From Gaiellaceae bacterium (GTDB taxonomy: Bacteria; Actinomycetota; Thermoleophilia; Gaiellales; Gaiellaceae), in contig JBOGZU010000011.1 of the NCBI GenBank assembly GCA_050697455.1, positions 2,278 through 66,277 on the forward strand: a stretch of DNA of 64,000 bases, given 5' to 3'. Below are positions 37,995 through 47,889 of the stretch, one piece after another. The position numbers were made by a program, and so were the translations under genes. The stretch's first letter is position 1. Every line of letters starts with the position of its first letter. The notes beneath the pieces were generated by a model. It had not been told where the DNA came from, did no database searches, and saw only the letters and a program-made list of their open reading frames with translations.

Positions 37995-39260
37995 TTAGCC
38001 GTCGAGCAGTGGCTCGAAGCGCGATGGGTCGTCGAACGGGCCGATCACGGCGAGGCGGAAGCGATCCGCCGAGATCAGCTCCTGCGCGACGCGCGAGATG
38101 TCCTCACCGGTGACCGCGTCGAGCGCCGCGACGACTTCGTCCGGATCCGGCAGCCGCCGCTCCAGCACTTCCCGCCGCAGCCCAAAGCCCATCAGCCCCT
38201 GCGGACTCTCGAGCTGGAGGACGAAGCGGCCCTTCGCGAAGCTCCGCGCCTTCTCGAGCTCGTCGGCGGGCAGCGGCTCCGCGGCGATCTTTCGCAGCTC
38301 TGCGGCGATCGTTCCCACGGCCTCGTCGATCCGCGCTATATCTACCCCAGCCTGGGCATAGAGCGTCCCCGCGTCGCTGTAGCTGTGGTTGAGCCCGTAG
38401 ACGTAGTACGCCAGCCCGCGCCGCTCGCGCACCTCGGTGAACAGCCGCGAGCTCATCCCGCCGCCCAGCGCGGTCGCGAGGAGCTGGAGCGCGTAACGGT
38501 CGGGATGGTCGAGCGGGAAGCTGTGGACGCCGAGGCAGACGTGGGCCTGGTCGGACTGCTTGGTGAAGACCTTGACGCGCCCGTTCGCGTAGGCGGCCAC
38601 CGGCTCCGGCTCGCCGGTCTCCGCATCGGCGAGATCGCCGAGCAGCTCCTGCGCGCGCTCGAGCAGTCCCTCGCCGATCCGGCCGGCGACGCCGAGCACC
38701 ATCCGCGACGGCTTGTACCAGCGATCGAGGTAGCCGAGGAACGTCTCGCGCGTCGCGTCGCGCACGGTCTCCTTGCGGCCGATGACGTCGCGCCCGAGCG
38801 GCTGGTCGCCGTAGAGGAGCTCCTCGTAGACGCCGCCGATGAAGTCGCGCGGCGTGTCGAAGTACATGTTCATCTCCTCGACGATCACGCCCTTCTCCCG
38901 CTCGATCTCGTCGGCGGCGAAGCGGGAGTTGCGGAGCATGTCGACGAGGACGTCGAGCGCGACGTCGCGGCTCTCGGCGGCGCACTTGACGTAGTAGGTC
39001 GTCGTCTCCTTGCCGGTGAAGGCGTTGAACTCGCCGCCGATCGCGTCGATCTCGCCGGCGATCTGGCGCGCGCTCGGTCGCCGCTCCGTCCCCTTGAAGA
39101 ACATGTGCTCGGAGAAGTGCGCGATGCCGGCGATATCGGCCGTCTCGTAGCGCGAGCCGGCGGCGAGCCCGATCATCACCGTGACCGACTGCGCATGCGG
39201 GAGGTCGGCCGTGAGCACGCGAAGGCCGTTGTCGAGCGTGTTCCGTTCAAAGACCGCCAC
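37995..39260 (-). CDS. M16 (pitrilysin) family zinc peptidase
   Basis: The GTG start gives VAVFERNTLDNGLRVL... HFSEHMFFKGT is the HxxEH motif, and EIEREKGVIVEE is present. The upstream part of ORF 37995..39653 is off-frame. Confidence 0.85.
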   Translation of the reverse strand: MAVFERNTLDNGLRVLTADLPHAQSVTVMIGLAAGSRYETADIAGIAHFSEHMFFKGTERRPSARQIAGEIDAIGGEFNAFTGKETTTYYVKCAAESRDVALDVLVDMLRNSRFAADEIEREKGVIVEEMNMYFDTPRDFIGGVYEELLYGDQPLGRDVIGRKETVRDATRETFLGYLDRWYKPSRMVLGVAGRIGEGLLERAQELLGDLADAETGEPEPVAAYANGRVKVFTKQSDQAHVCLGVHSFPLDHPDRYALQLLATALGGGMSSRLFTEVRERRGLAYYVYGLNHSYSDAGTLYAQAGVDIARIDEAVGTIAAELRKIAAEPLPADELEKARSFAKGRFVLQLESPQGLMGFGLRREVLERRLPDPDEVVAALDAVTGEDISRVAQELISADRFRLAVIGPFDDPSRFEPLLDG

Positions 39261-39288
39261 CCCGCTCGATCGTATAGACCTCCTTCTC

Positions 39289-40170
39289 GTGCCCGGCGAG
39301 CAGACCAGACGTGCGATCGCCGCGCAGCCCGCGTGGCTCGCGCAGGTGCCGACGGACCGCAGGTTCCCCGACGGCGCGCGCTTGCTCTTCACGGGTTGCG
39401 GGACGTCGTTCCACGCCGCGATGACGGGAGGAGACGCGGTGCAGGCGCTCGAGCTCGTGCTGCGACCCGACCGCGACGCCGATCTTCTCGTCCTCGTGTC
39501 CCATGAAGGAGAGACACCGCTCACGCTCGAGGCGGCGAAGGCGTGGGACGGGCCGCGCTGGCTCGTCACCGGCAAGGCGGACGGGCCGATTGCGGCGCTG
39601 TGCGAGGAGGTGATCGTCTGCACGCCGGCGATCGAGGAGAGCTGGTGCCACACGGCGAGCTACACGTGTGCCGTGGCCGCGATCGCTGCGCTGCACGGAG
39701 AGGACGTCTCGTGGTTGCCAGACGCCGTCGAAGAGGAGCTCTCAGCCGACCTGACGCTGGTGCGGAAGCAGGAGCGCTTCGTCGTCGCAGGCGCCGGGCG
39801 CGAGCTAGCAACTGCGCACGAGGCTGTGCTCAAGCTGCGCGAGGGAGCGTGGGTAGCGGCCGAGGCGTACGAGACCGAGCAGCTTCTGCACGGCTATCTC
39901 GCGGCGGTGGACGAGTCGGTGCGCGCCTTCGTCCTCGAGGGAGAAGGAGTCGCAGCGGAACGGGCTGCCGCAGCCGTCGCGGCGCTGCGCGCGCTCGACT
40001 GCGACGCGACGCTCGTACCCACGCGGCACCCCGTCGTCGACATCGTGATGTTCCAGCGGCTCACACTCCGCATCGCCGAGGCGCGCGGCCGCGAGCCGGA
40101 CCGAATTCGCCGCCACGAGCAGCGCTGGGCCGACGCCGCCGCGGCCGCAAAGGCTGACAACGCCGCGTAG
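39289..40170 (+). CDS. SIS (sugar isomerase) domain protein
   Basis: It contains LLFTGCGTSFHAA and ...LVLVSHEGETP... A second SIS-like half follows. The start is uncertain: I chose the GTG at 39289 as the first start clear of the divergent M16 gene. Confidence 0.65.
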   Translation: MPGEQTRRAIAAQPAWLAQVPTDRRFPDGARLLFTGCGTSFHAAMTGGDAVQALELVLRPDRDADLLVLVSHEGETPLTLEAAKAWDGPRWLVTGKADGPIAALCEEVIVCTPAIEESWCHTASYTCAVAAIAALHGEDVSWLPDAVEEELSADLTLVRKQERFVVAGAGRELATAHEAVLKLREGAWVAAEAYETEQLLHGYLAAVDESVRAFVLEGEGVAAERAAAAVAALRALDCDATLVPTRHPVVDIVMFQRLTLRIAEARGREPDRIRRHEQRWADAAAAAKADNAA

Positions 40171-41325
40171 CTAGATCTCGTCGAGCGCCTCGAGCAGACG
40201 GTCGACCTCGGCCGGCGTGTTGTAGTGGACGAAGCCCGCGCGCACGGCGCCGTTCGGCTGGAGCCCGAGCCTCTCCATCCCCTCGACCGCGTAGTAGTCG
40301 CCGTCCCAGACCGCGATGCCCCGTTCCGCCAGGCGCTCCGCGGTCGTGCGCGGCGCGACTCCGTCGAGCCGGAAGGCGAAGGTCGGGACGCGACCGTCCA
40401 TCGTTCCCCGGCCGTAGAGCGTGCAGCGCCCGGGCAGCCCGTCGAGGAACCGCTGGCCCAGGGCGCGCTCGTGCGCCTGGATCGCCTCCCAGCCGAGCTC
40501 CTCGAGGTACTCCACCGCGGCGACGAAGCCGGCGAGCAGCTCGTGCGCGAGCGTCCCCGTCTCGAAGCGCCGCCCGACCGGCTCGTCCGCCGCCGGGCGC
40601 ACCTTGTACGGCTGCCACGCGCGCAGCAGCTCCTCCCGGCCGAAGGCGACGCCGAGATGCGGGCCGAAGAACTTGTACGGCGAGCAGAGCAGCACGTCGA
40701 CGCCGAGCGCCGCGACGTCGATCGGCCCGTGCGGCGCGTAGTGGACGGCGTCCGCCCAGGCGAGCGCGCCCGCGGCGTGGGCGAGCTCGACGATGCGTGC
40801 GGCGTCGGTCATCGTCCCGAACGCGTTCGAGGCGAGCGGGAAGGCGACGACGCGCGTGCGGTCGGTCAGGCCCACCTCGAGGTCGCCGAGGTCGAGGCTC
40901 GTGCCGTCGCCGATCTCGACGAAGCCGACGCGGAGGTCGAGATCGCGTGCGAGCTCGAGCCACGGCGCCACGTTGGCGTCGTGGTCGAGGCGTGTGACGA
41001 GGATCTCGTCGCCCGCCGCGAGCGTTCGTCCCAGCGCGCGGCTGAGCGCGAAGTTGAGCGTCGTCATGTTGGCGCCGAACGCGATCTCCTCCGGCCGCGC
41101 GCCGAGGAATCGCGCCGCCGTTTCGTGCGCCCCTTCCACGAGCTCGTCGCTGTGGCGGCTCGCCTCGAACGCGCCGCCGAGGTTCGCGTTCGAGTCGCGG
41201 AGATAGCCGGCGACGGCGTCGATCACCGACTGCGGAACCTGTGTCCCGCCAGGCCCGTCGAAGAACGCGACTCCGGAACGGAGCGCCGGGAAGCGAGCGC
41301 GGATCGCCTCGACGTCGAAGTTCAT
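40171..41325 (-). CDS. class V aminotransferase-fold PLP enzyme (cysteine desulfurase-like)
   Basis: It starts MNFDVEAIRARFPAL... It contains VVAFPLASNAFG and LLCSPYKFFGPHLG (PLP-Lys region). Confidence 0.85.
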   Translation of the reverse strand: MNFDVEAIRARFPALRSGVAFFDGPGGTQVPQSVIDAVAGYLRDSNANLGGAFEASRHSDELVEGAHETAARFLGARPEEIAFGANMTTLNFALSRALGRTLAAGDEILVTRLDHDANVAPWLELARDLDLRVGFVEIGDGTSLDLGDLEVGLTDRTRVVAFPLASNAFGTMTDAARIVELAHAAGALAWADAVHYAPHGPIDVAALGVDVLLCSPYKFFGPHLGVAFGREELLRAWQPYKVRPAADEPVGRRFETGTLAHELLAGFVAAVEYLEELGWEAIQAHERALGQRFLDGLPGRCTLYGRGTMDGRVPTFAFRLDGVAPRTTAERLAERGIAVWDGDYYAVEGMERLGLQPNGAVRAGFVHYNTPAEVDRLLEALDEI

Positions 41326-41615
41326 CCCTGCTCGAGCGGCGCCATCGTCAGGCCCTGCTCCCGCAGTTGCTCCCAGTACAGCTCCGCTTGCTCGCGCAGT
41401 CCCGACCAGACGATCGCCTGCCCCGAGGAATGGATCCGGTCGGCGAGCCGCAGGCCGGCGTCGTAGGAGAGGCCGGGAATGACGCTCGAGAGCGCGAAGG
41501 CGACGCCCTGGAACGTGTTGTGGTCGTCGTTGAGGACGATCACGTGCCACGGCCGCCCGAGCCCCGTTCCCTCGCCGCGGCCGAGTCGCTCGCGTGGCGG
41601 CGTCAGCGTGCTCAC
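41322..41615 (-). CDS. clpS: ATP-dependent Clp protease adaptor ClpS
   Basis: It contains ...WHVIVLNDDHNTFQGVAFALSSVIPGLSYDAGLRLADRIHSSGQAIVW... The GTG overlaps the osmC stop. Confidence 0.85.
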   Translation of the reverse strand: MSTLTPPRERLGRGEGTGLGRPWHVIVLNDDHNTFQGVAFALSSVIPGLSYDAGLRLADRIHSSGQAIVWSGLREQAELYWEQLREQGLTMAPLEQG

Positions 41616-42031
41616 GCGCCGGCCGGACGGCCGTTCACCGTCCAGCTGTACCGCGGCTTCTCGTTGAGCGAGGCGCCGACGAAGCAGTCCCGCTCGGCCT
41701 TCGCGAGCAGCTCGACGAGTTCGTCGGCCCCCGGCTCCGACTCGATCTCCACTGCGAGCTCGACGTCGCTCTCGACGACCGCGTAGCGGCCGTCGCTCTC
41801 CCGCTTCGTGACGAGCGCGCGCGTCGAGCCGGAGGCTCTTGCGATCTCGAGGCCGGCACGCTCGGCGTGGTAGCCGAGGCTCGCGAGCGAGCAGCGGATC
41901 AGAGCTGCGAGGAGCAGGTGCTCGGGCGTCCACTCCGCCGGCAGGGCAAGAGCGCTGCCGTTCTCCTCGCGCAGCTCGCCGGACGGAGCGAGGTCGACGG
42001 CGAAGCGGAGCTCACGAGCGCGGTTGGCCAT
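41612..42031 (-). CDS. OsmC/Ohr family protein
   Basis: 139 aa. It contains ...TPEHLLLAALIRCSLASL... and ...AERDCFVGASL (the two conserved Cys). Confidence 0.85.
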   Translation of the reverse strand: MANRARELRFAVDLAPSGELREENGSALALPAEWTPEHLLLAALIRCSLASLGYHAERAGLEIARASGSTRALVTKRESDGRYAVVESDVELAVEIESEPGADELVELLAKAERDCFVGASLNEKPRYSWTVNGRPAGA

Positions 42032-42290
42032 GGCCGCATCGTCTCAGATGCCGTCCCCGATGCCGTCCGAGGGGGCTCGTACGCTGCGGTCCGTGCGACG
42101 CCTGCGCACACTCACCGAGGCCGAGTGCTATATCCGCTGCTACGGCGGCTGGGAGCCGACGGTGACCCTCGTCAAGCTCGAGCCGCGGCGTCCTCACTAC
42201 GACCTGGCAGTCACTGGTGAGGACCTGCGGCGCGAGTTCGAAGCCCGCATCGACGCGCGGCCGGACGAGGCCGAAGCCGAAGCTGCTTGA
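42024..42290 (+). CDS. conserved hypothetical protein
   Basis: High GC3. It contains ...RRLRTLTEAECYIRCYGGWEPTVTLVKLEP... The start is uncertain (several Met codons). Confidence 0.45.
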   Translation: MAMAASSQMPSPMPSEGARTLRSVRRLRTLTEAECYIRCYGGWEPTVTLVKLEPRRPHYDLAVTGEDLRREFEARIDARPDEAEAEAA

Positions 42291-42808
42291 CCCCGACTGA
42301 AACTCGCAGCGACGTCCCGGATGTCCTCGGGCCGAATCTGCGCGTCGTTTTCGTCGGGATCAACCCCGGCCGCGTCTCCGCCGCCGCGCGCGCCCACTTC
42401 GCGAACCCGCGCAACGACTTCTGGCGGCTCCTCCACGCCGCCAGGTTCACCTCCCGCCTCTACGAGCCGCATGAGCAGTTCGCGCTGCTCGAGGAGGGAA
42501 TCGGCGTCACGAACGCGGCCTATCGCACGACGCCGGGGTCTGGCGACCTCCGCCGCGCCGATTTCGCCGGCTCTGCCGAACGGCTCGAGCAGCTCGCGGG
42601 CGAGCTTCGCCCCGGCTGGCTCGCCTTCGTCGGCAAGGAGGCGTATCGCGGCGCATTCGGCGAGCGCCCACAGCTCGGCGTGCAAGAGAGGACGCTCTCG
42701 GAGACGCGCCTCTTCGTCCTCCCGTCCACGTCGCCGGCGAACGCCGCCGTGCCGTGGGAGGAGCGGCTGCGCTGGTTCAGAGAGCTTGCTACGGCGAATG
42801 GTGGGTGA
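42287..42808 (+). CDS. mug: G/U mismatch-specific uracil-DNA glycosylase (Mug family)
   Basis: It contains LRVVFVGINPG, FANPRNDFWRLL and LPSTSPAN. Confidence 0.85.
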   Translation: MTPTETRSDVPDVLGPNLRVVFVGINPGRVSAAARAHFANPRNDFWRLLHAARFTSRLYEPHEQFALLEEGIGVTNAAYRTTPGSGDLRRADFAGSAERLEQLAGELRPGWLAFVGKEAYRGAFGERPQLGVQERTLSETRLFVLPSTSPANAAVPWEERLRWFRELATANGG

Positions 42809-42904
42809 CGCCGGAAGGAGGGCGCGAGCCCGGCGAGCCCGGCGAGAGCTGGGGTCATTCGCGCCGCCGCATTTGACCGAGGCGAGGGAGGTCCGCTGGT
42901 TGGA

Positions 42905-44068
42905 TCAGGCGCCTGCTCGACTGACGACGACGCGTACGTCGTCTGAGAGCTGCCGTCGCCCGCGCGCCGCGACGTCGACCTCGCCAAACGACAGCCGCCA
43001 CTCGCGTCCGACCGTCTCGAGCAGATCTACGAGACTCCGCAGCGCGATCGTCTCGCCGAGGCAGCGGCGATCGCCGATCCCGAACGCGGCGTAGGAGAAG
43101 CGGTGCTCGGCCGTGCGGCCGTCGAGCCAGCGCTCGGGGAGGAAGCGCTCCGGCTCAGGAAAGACGCCCGGGTCGCGATGGAGCGCCCCGACGTGCACGA
43201 CGACGAGCTCGCCCGCCTGCACCGGCTCGCCGCCGACGCTCGTGTCCGCGGTCGCGACGCGGACGAGCAGCGGATTGGTGGGATGGAGTCGCGTCACCTC
43301 GCGGACGAACGCCTCGCGATCCGCGGCCTCGGGCTCCGTTCCGAACCGGTAGAGCGCCCAGCCGCTCTCCTGCACGAGCGGCCCGGCCGCGCCGAGGAGC
43401 AGCTCGCCCGCCAGCGCCTGTTGCTCGCGCCGCGGGAGACCCTCGAGCGCGCTCAGCTCCGACGGCCGACTCCGGTCGGCGTTCGCGAGCAGGCTGCGGA
43501 CGACGAGCGAGAGCTGCGCGAGCAGGAACGGACGTTGCAGGCCGTGCCGCGTCGGCACGGAGCGGAGCACCCGCGGGGTGCCGCCGGCCCACGCGACGAT
43601 GCGGGCGAGGCGGTCGAGCTCAGTCGCCGTGAGGTCGCTGGCGAAGGCGCCGCGCACGACGGCGCGCGCGACGAGCGGGCGCAGCCACGGCACCAGCCGG
43701 ATCGAGTCTCCGTCCTGCCAGCCAGCGGCGGCCTCGGCCACTCCCGTGGCGAGCTCGCGTGCCGTTTCCTCCGCCCGGTCGGCTCCCATCCCCTTCGACA
43801 GCGCCCGTCGCAGCTCCGCGGGGGAGATGCGCGCTGCGGGCAGTGCTGCCCTCTTTCGGCCGAGCGGGATGGCCTGGGAGCGCGGCTTTGCCAGCTCGCC
43901 GGCCCGTTCCACGAGCGTCTCGCGCGCGCCTTCCGGCCCACTGACGAGCAACAACCGCCGCCGGCCCGCCCGAACCCTGACGAGCTCCCCGAGCGCCGAC
44001 GCGGCCAGAAGCGCCTGCTCGGGATCCCGCCGCAGCTCTGCCGCACCGGGCGCCGCCTCCGGCAGCAT
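42905..44068 (-). CDS. cytochrome P450
   Basis: The haem-thiolate loop FGIGDRRCLGETIA is present, and an ExxR-like region lies upstream. 387 aa. Confidence 0.85.
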   Translation of the reverse strand: MLPEAAPGAAELRRDPEQALLAASALGELVRVRAGRRRLLLVSGPEGARETLVERAGELAKPRSQAIPLGRKRAALPAARISPAELRRALSKGMGADRAEETARELATGVAEAAAGWQDGDSIRLVPWLRPLVARAVVRGAFASDLTATELDRLARIVAWAGGTPRVLRSVPTRHGLQRPFLLAQLSLVVRSLLANADRSRPSELSALEGLPRREQQALAGELLLGAAGPLVQESGWALYRFGTEPEAADREAFVREVTRLHPTNPLLVRVATADTSVGGEPVQAGELVVVHVGALHRDPGVFPEPERFLPERWLDGRTAEHRFSYAAFGIGDRRCLGETIALRSLVDLLETVGREWRLSFGEVDVAARGRRQLSDDVRVVVSRAGA

Positions 44069-45666
44069 CAGCTCCGCCAGTGGCTCGTGATCGGCGTCCG
44101 CCGGTCGCGCCCGAACGCTTTCGGCCGCAGCCGCACGCCTGGCGGGGCCTGGCGGCGTTTGTACTCAGCGCGGTCGATCAGCGCGACGGCGCGGGCCACG
44201 ACCTCGGGATCGAAGCCGTCCGCGCTCAACTCCTCGAGCGTGCGGTCCTCCTCGACGTACGCCTGGAGCACGCGGTCGAGCTCGGAGTACGGCGGCAGCG
44301 AGTCCTCGTCGAGCTGGCCGTGCCGGAGCTCTGCAGTCGGCGGCCGGGCGATCGTGGACTGCGGTATGAGCTCGCGGCCGGCGTGCTCGTTCAGGTGGCC
44401 GGCGAGCCGGAACACGTCCGTCTTGAACACGTCCTTGAGCAGCGCGAAGCCGCCGGCCATGTCGCCGTAGAGGGTCGCGTAGCCCACCGAGAGCTCCGAC
44501 TTGTTGCCGGTCGCCACGACGAGCCAGCCGAACTTGTTCGACAGCGCCATCACGACGGTGCCGCGGATCCGCGCCTGGAGGTTCTCCTCCGCGAGATCCG
44601 CGCCGCGGCCGGCAAAGGACGACGCAAGAACACCCGTGTACGCCTCGACCGCGGGCTCGATCTCGAGCTCCCGAAAGTCGCAGCCGAGGTTCTCGGCCAG
44701 CAGGCGCGCATCGGCGCGCGTCGCGTCGGACGAGTAGCGGGACGGCAGGGAGACGCAGTGCACGCGCTCCGGCCCGAGCGCCTCGACGGCCAGCGCCGCG
44801 GTCACGGCGGAGTCGATCCCGCCCGAGACCGAGACGACGACGTCGCCGAAGCCGTTCTTCTCGACGTAGTCGCGCAGGCCGAGGACGAGCGCGCGACGCA
44901 TCTCCTCGAGCTCGTCGTCGAGCGGCGCGATCGCCGCAGCGTCCGGCTGAGCGAGGTCGACGACGAGGAGCGCCTCCGCGAAACCGGGCCCGCGCGCGAG
45001 CACGCTGCCGTCATTTTCGAGCACCAGCGAATGCCCGTCGAAGACGAGCTCGTCCTGGCCGCCGACGGTGTTGCAGAGCGCGACGCGGACGCCGTTCTCG
45101 CGCGCCCGCGCCGAGAAGATCGCCTCCCGCTCCTGCGCCCGGCCGACGTGGAAGGGCGAGGCGGAGAGGTTGACGACGAGCTCGGCGCCGGCGGCCGCGA
45201 GCTCGGTCGTCGGCGGCCCGGGGATCCACATGTCCTCGCAGATCGTGATCCCGACTGTCGTTCCGGCCACCTCGATCAGGGAGATCTCGCTGCCCGAGGC
45301 GAAGTAGCGCTTCTCGTCGAAGACGCCGTAGTTCGGGAGGTGGCGCTTCTTCGTCCAGCCGGCGATCTTCCCGTCGACGCAGATCGCGCAGGCGTTGTAG
45401 AGCTCCTCGTCGAAGAGCGGCGTGCCGACGAGCGCGACGATTCCCGTCACGTCCCGCGCGATCGCCTCGACCGACTCCCGCGCGGCGCGCACGAAGCCGG
45501 GCCGGAGCAGGAGATCCTCCGGCGGATAGCCCGTGACGACGAGCTCGGGGAGGACGACGAGATCGGCTCGCGTATCCCGCGCCTCACCGATCCGGGTGAG
45601 GATCAGCGCGCGGTTCCCCTCGAGGTCGCCGACGACCGGATCGATCTGCGCGAGCGCGATCCTCAT
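44068..45666 (-). CDS. nadE: glutamine-dependent NAD+ synthetase
   Basis: An N-terminal nitrilase/CN-hydrolase domain (MRIALAQIDPVVGD..., LPELVVTGY) is joined to a PP-loop SVSGGIDSAV domain. Confidence 0.95.
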   Translation of the reverse strand: MRIALAQIDPVVGDLEGNRALILTRIGEARDTRADLVVLPELVVTGYPPEDLLLRPGFVRAARESVEAIARDVTGIVALVGTPLFDEELYNACAICVDGKIAGWTKKRHLPNYGVFDEKRYFASGSEISLIEVAGTTVGITICEDMWIPGPPTTELAAAGAELVVNLSASPFHVGRAQEREAIFSARARENGVRVALCNTVGGQDELVFDGHSLVLENDGSVLARGPGFAEALLVVDLAQPDAAAIAPLDDELEEMRRALVLGLRDYVEKNGFGDVVVSVSGGIDSAVTAALAVEALGPERVHCVSLPSRYSSDATRADARLLAENLGCDFRELEIEPAVEAYTGVLASSFAGRGADLAEENLQARIRGTVVMALSNKFGWLVVATGNKSELSVGYATLYGDMAGGFALLKDVFKTDVFRLAGHLNEHAGRELIPQSTIARPPTAELRHGQLDEDSLPPYSELDRVLQAYVEEDRTLEELSADGFDPEVVARAVALIDRAEYKRRQAPPGVRLRPKAFGRDRRTPITSHWRS

Positions 45667-45716
45667 AGTTTCAGCCTATCAGGCGAAAACCTCCGGCACG
45701 ACGTCGTTTGCGTAGC

Positions 45717-45753
45717 CAAGTTAGCGCCCGCTAACCTAGTGGTCACTAACTTG
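45717..45753. promoter_or_regulatory. nested inverted repeats upstream of the MFS-TetR operon (candidate TetR operator)
   Basis: The inner repeat is GTTAGCG-cc-CGCTAAC at 45720..45735. The outer repeat is CAAGTTAG (45717..45724) with CTAACTTG (45746..45753). The site lies 18 nt before the GTG at 45771. Confidence 0.45.
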
Positions 45754-45770
45754 TCGTAGAGAGGAATTGT

Positions 45771-47219
45771 GTGAGAGCAAGGGTGCTGGCGGTCTTGGTC
45801 GCCGAAGAGAATCGCAAGTGGTGGACGCTGGGAGCGGTTGCGTTCGGCCTGTTCATGATCATGCTGGACAACACGGTGGTGAACGTAGCGCTGCCCTCGA
45901 TCGAGCGCGACCTGCACATCACGATCTCCTCGCTCGAGTGGATCGTCACCGCCTACGCGCTCACCTTCGCGGCGCTGATGATCACGGGCGGCAAGCTCGC
46001 CGACGTCTACGGGCGCCGGCGCATGTTCATTCTCGGCCTGGTCGTCTTCACGCTCTCGTCGCTCGCGTGCGGGCTCGCGCCGAGCTCCGGTTTCCTGATC
46101 GGAGCGCGCGCGGTGCAGGGCGCCGGCGCAGCCCTCATGAACCCCGCGACGCTCTCGATCATCACAGCGACGTTCCCGCCGAAGCAGCGCGGCCAGGCGA
46201 TCGGGATCTGGGCCGGAGTCTCGGCCCTCGCGCTGGCGATCGGCCCGCTCGTCGGCGGCCTGATCACCCAGAACATCAACTGGAACTGGATCTTCTTCAT
46301 CAACGTCCCGATCGGCGCGCTCGCGATCGTGGTCTCCCGCCTCGTGATTCGGGAGTCGCGCGACACGTCGCGCGAGCAGAGCATCGACTTCCCCGGCCTC
46401 CTCACGTCGATCGGCTTCCTCTTTTCGCTCAGCTACGCGCTGATCGAGGGGAACCGGCACGGCTGGAGCTCGCCGGAGATCCTCGGGCTGTTCGGCGCGG
46501 CAGCCGTCCTTGTCACTGCGTTCGTCGTGCTCGAGAGCCGGCAGCGGCTGGCGATGCTCGACCTGTCCCTGTTCAGGATCGGCGCCTTCGCGGGCGCGAA
46601 CCTTGTGGCAATGCTCGTCTCGCTCGCGATGTTCGGCGTCTTCTTCTTCGTCTCGCTCTACGTCCAGAACATCCTCGGCTACAGCCCGACGAAGGCCGGC
46701 GCGATCTTCCTGCCGATGACCGTGCTGATCATCTTCATCGCGCCGCTCGCCGGCCGGCAGTCGGACCGGCTCGGCTCGCGCTGGCTGATGGGCGGCGGAA
46801 TGACGCTGCTCGGCGTCTCGCTCCTCCTCTACCAGCGCATCGGCATCCACTCGGATTTCTGGACGCTGCTGCCGGCGCTGCTCCTCGGCGGGGTCGGGAT
46901 GGCGATGACGATGTCGCCGATGACGTCGGCTGCGATGGGCGCTGTGCCCGTGGACAAGGCCGGCGTCGGCTCGGGCGTCCTGAACAGCTTCCGCCAGGTC
47001 GGCGGCTCGCTCGGGATCGCCTTGATGGGAGCGATTCTCGCCTCCTACATCCACCATCCGCCGCGCACGCCCGGAGCCGCGCAGGACTACGTGAACGGTC
47101 TGCACGCCGCCCTCGCGGTCAGCGCCGTCATCAGCTTCGCCGCGGCAATCGTGGCCGTCGTCCTCGTGCGGACGCGGCCCGAGGTCGTGCGTGAGCACAT
47201 CGCGGAGCTCGCAGCATGA
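45771..47219 (+). CDS. MFS transporter, DHA2 (EmrB/QacA, 14-TM) type
   Basis: 482 aa. It contains ...LDNTVVNVALPSI..., GKLADVYGRRRMF and many TM helices. Confidence 0.9.
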   Translation: MRARVLAVLVAEENRKWWTLGAVAFGLFMIMLDNTVVNVALPSIERDLHITISSLEWIVTAYALTFAALMITGGKLADVYGRRRMFILGLVVFTLSSLACGLAPSSGFLIGARAVQGAGAALMNPATLSIITATFPPKQRGQAIGIWAGVSALALAIGPLVGGLITQNINWNWIFFINVPIGALAIVVSRLVIRESRDTSREQSIDFPGLLTSIGFLFSLSYALIEGNRHGWSSPEILGLFGAAAVLVTAFVVLESRQRLAMLDLSLFRIGAFAGANLVAMLVSLAMFGVFFFVSLYVQNILGYSPTKAGAIFLPMTVLIIFIAPLAGRQSDRLGSRWLMGGGMTLLGVSLLLYQRIGIHSDFWTLLPALLLGGVGMAMTMSPMTSAAMGAVPVDKAGVGSGVLNSFRQVGGSLGIALMGAILASYIHHPPRTPGAAQDYVNGLHAALAVSAVISFAAAIVAVVLVRTRPEVVREHIAELAA

Positions 47220-47815
47220 GCACCGCCGCGCCCCGCATGGCGGCTGCCGACCGGCGCCGCCACCTGGTCGACACGGCGATCCGCCTCTTCACCGAGGGCA
47301 GCTACCGCGGCACGACCACGGCGGAGATCGCCCGCGCCGCAGGCATCTCCGAGCCGATCCTCTACCGCCACTTCGCGTCGAAGCGCGACCTCTACCTGGC
47401 CGCGCTCGACGACGTCTGGGAGAAGGCGCGGACGGGCTGGGAGCGGACCATCGCCGAGAGCTCCGACGCATGCGACGCGGTCGAGGCGATCGGCAAGGGT
47501 CACCTCGCGGTTCGCTCCGCGAAGCTGCAGCTCGCGGAGCTGTGGGTGCAGTCGCTGAGCGAGGCGTCGGAGGATCCGGAGCTGCGGAAGGCCGTGCGCC
47601 GCCACATGCGTGAGGTGCACGAATTCGTCGCCGGCCTGATCCGGCATGGCCAGGAGCAAGGCGCGATCTCGGTCGAGCGCGACCCCGACGCCGAAGCCTG
47701 GATCATGCTCGCCGGCGGGATCCTCGGCATGGTCGGCCGCCGGGTCGGACTGCTCGACGACGGCGAGCTAGCCGCAATCCGCGCAGCGCGCCTCGCGTGG
47801 CTTCGCGCCTCGTAG
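47216..47815 (+). CDS. TetR family transcriptional regulator
   Basis: ATGA overlap with the MFS gene. The HTH region is ...FTEGSYRGTTTAEIARAAGISEPILYRHFASKRDLY. Confidence 0.9.
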   Translation: MSTAAPRMAAADRRRHLVDTAIRLFTEGSYRGTTTAEIARAAGISEPILYRHFASKRDLYLAALDDVWEKARTGWERTIAESSDACDAVEAIGKGHLAVRSAKLQLAELWVQSLSEASEDPELRKAVRRHMREVHEFVAGLIRHGQEQGAISVERDPDAEAWIMLAGGILGMVGRRVGLLDDGELAAIRAARLAWLRAS

Positions 47816-47841
47816 CGCGCGAGACCTGCGGTCTCGCGCGC
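47815..47841 (+). terminator. perfect 12-bp hairpin at the tetR stop codon
   Basis: GCGCGCGAGACC-TGC-GGTCTCGCGCGC. No U-tract follows. Confidence 0.4.
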
Positions 47842-47889
47842 TGGGTGGAGGTACTGCGCGGGCCGGAAGCGGGGTTCCGGCCCGCTTCC

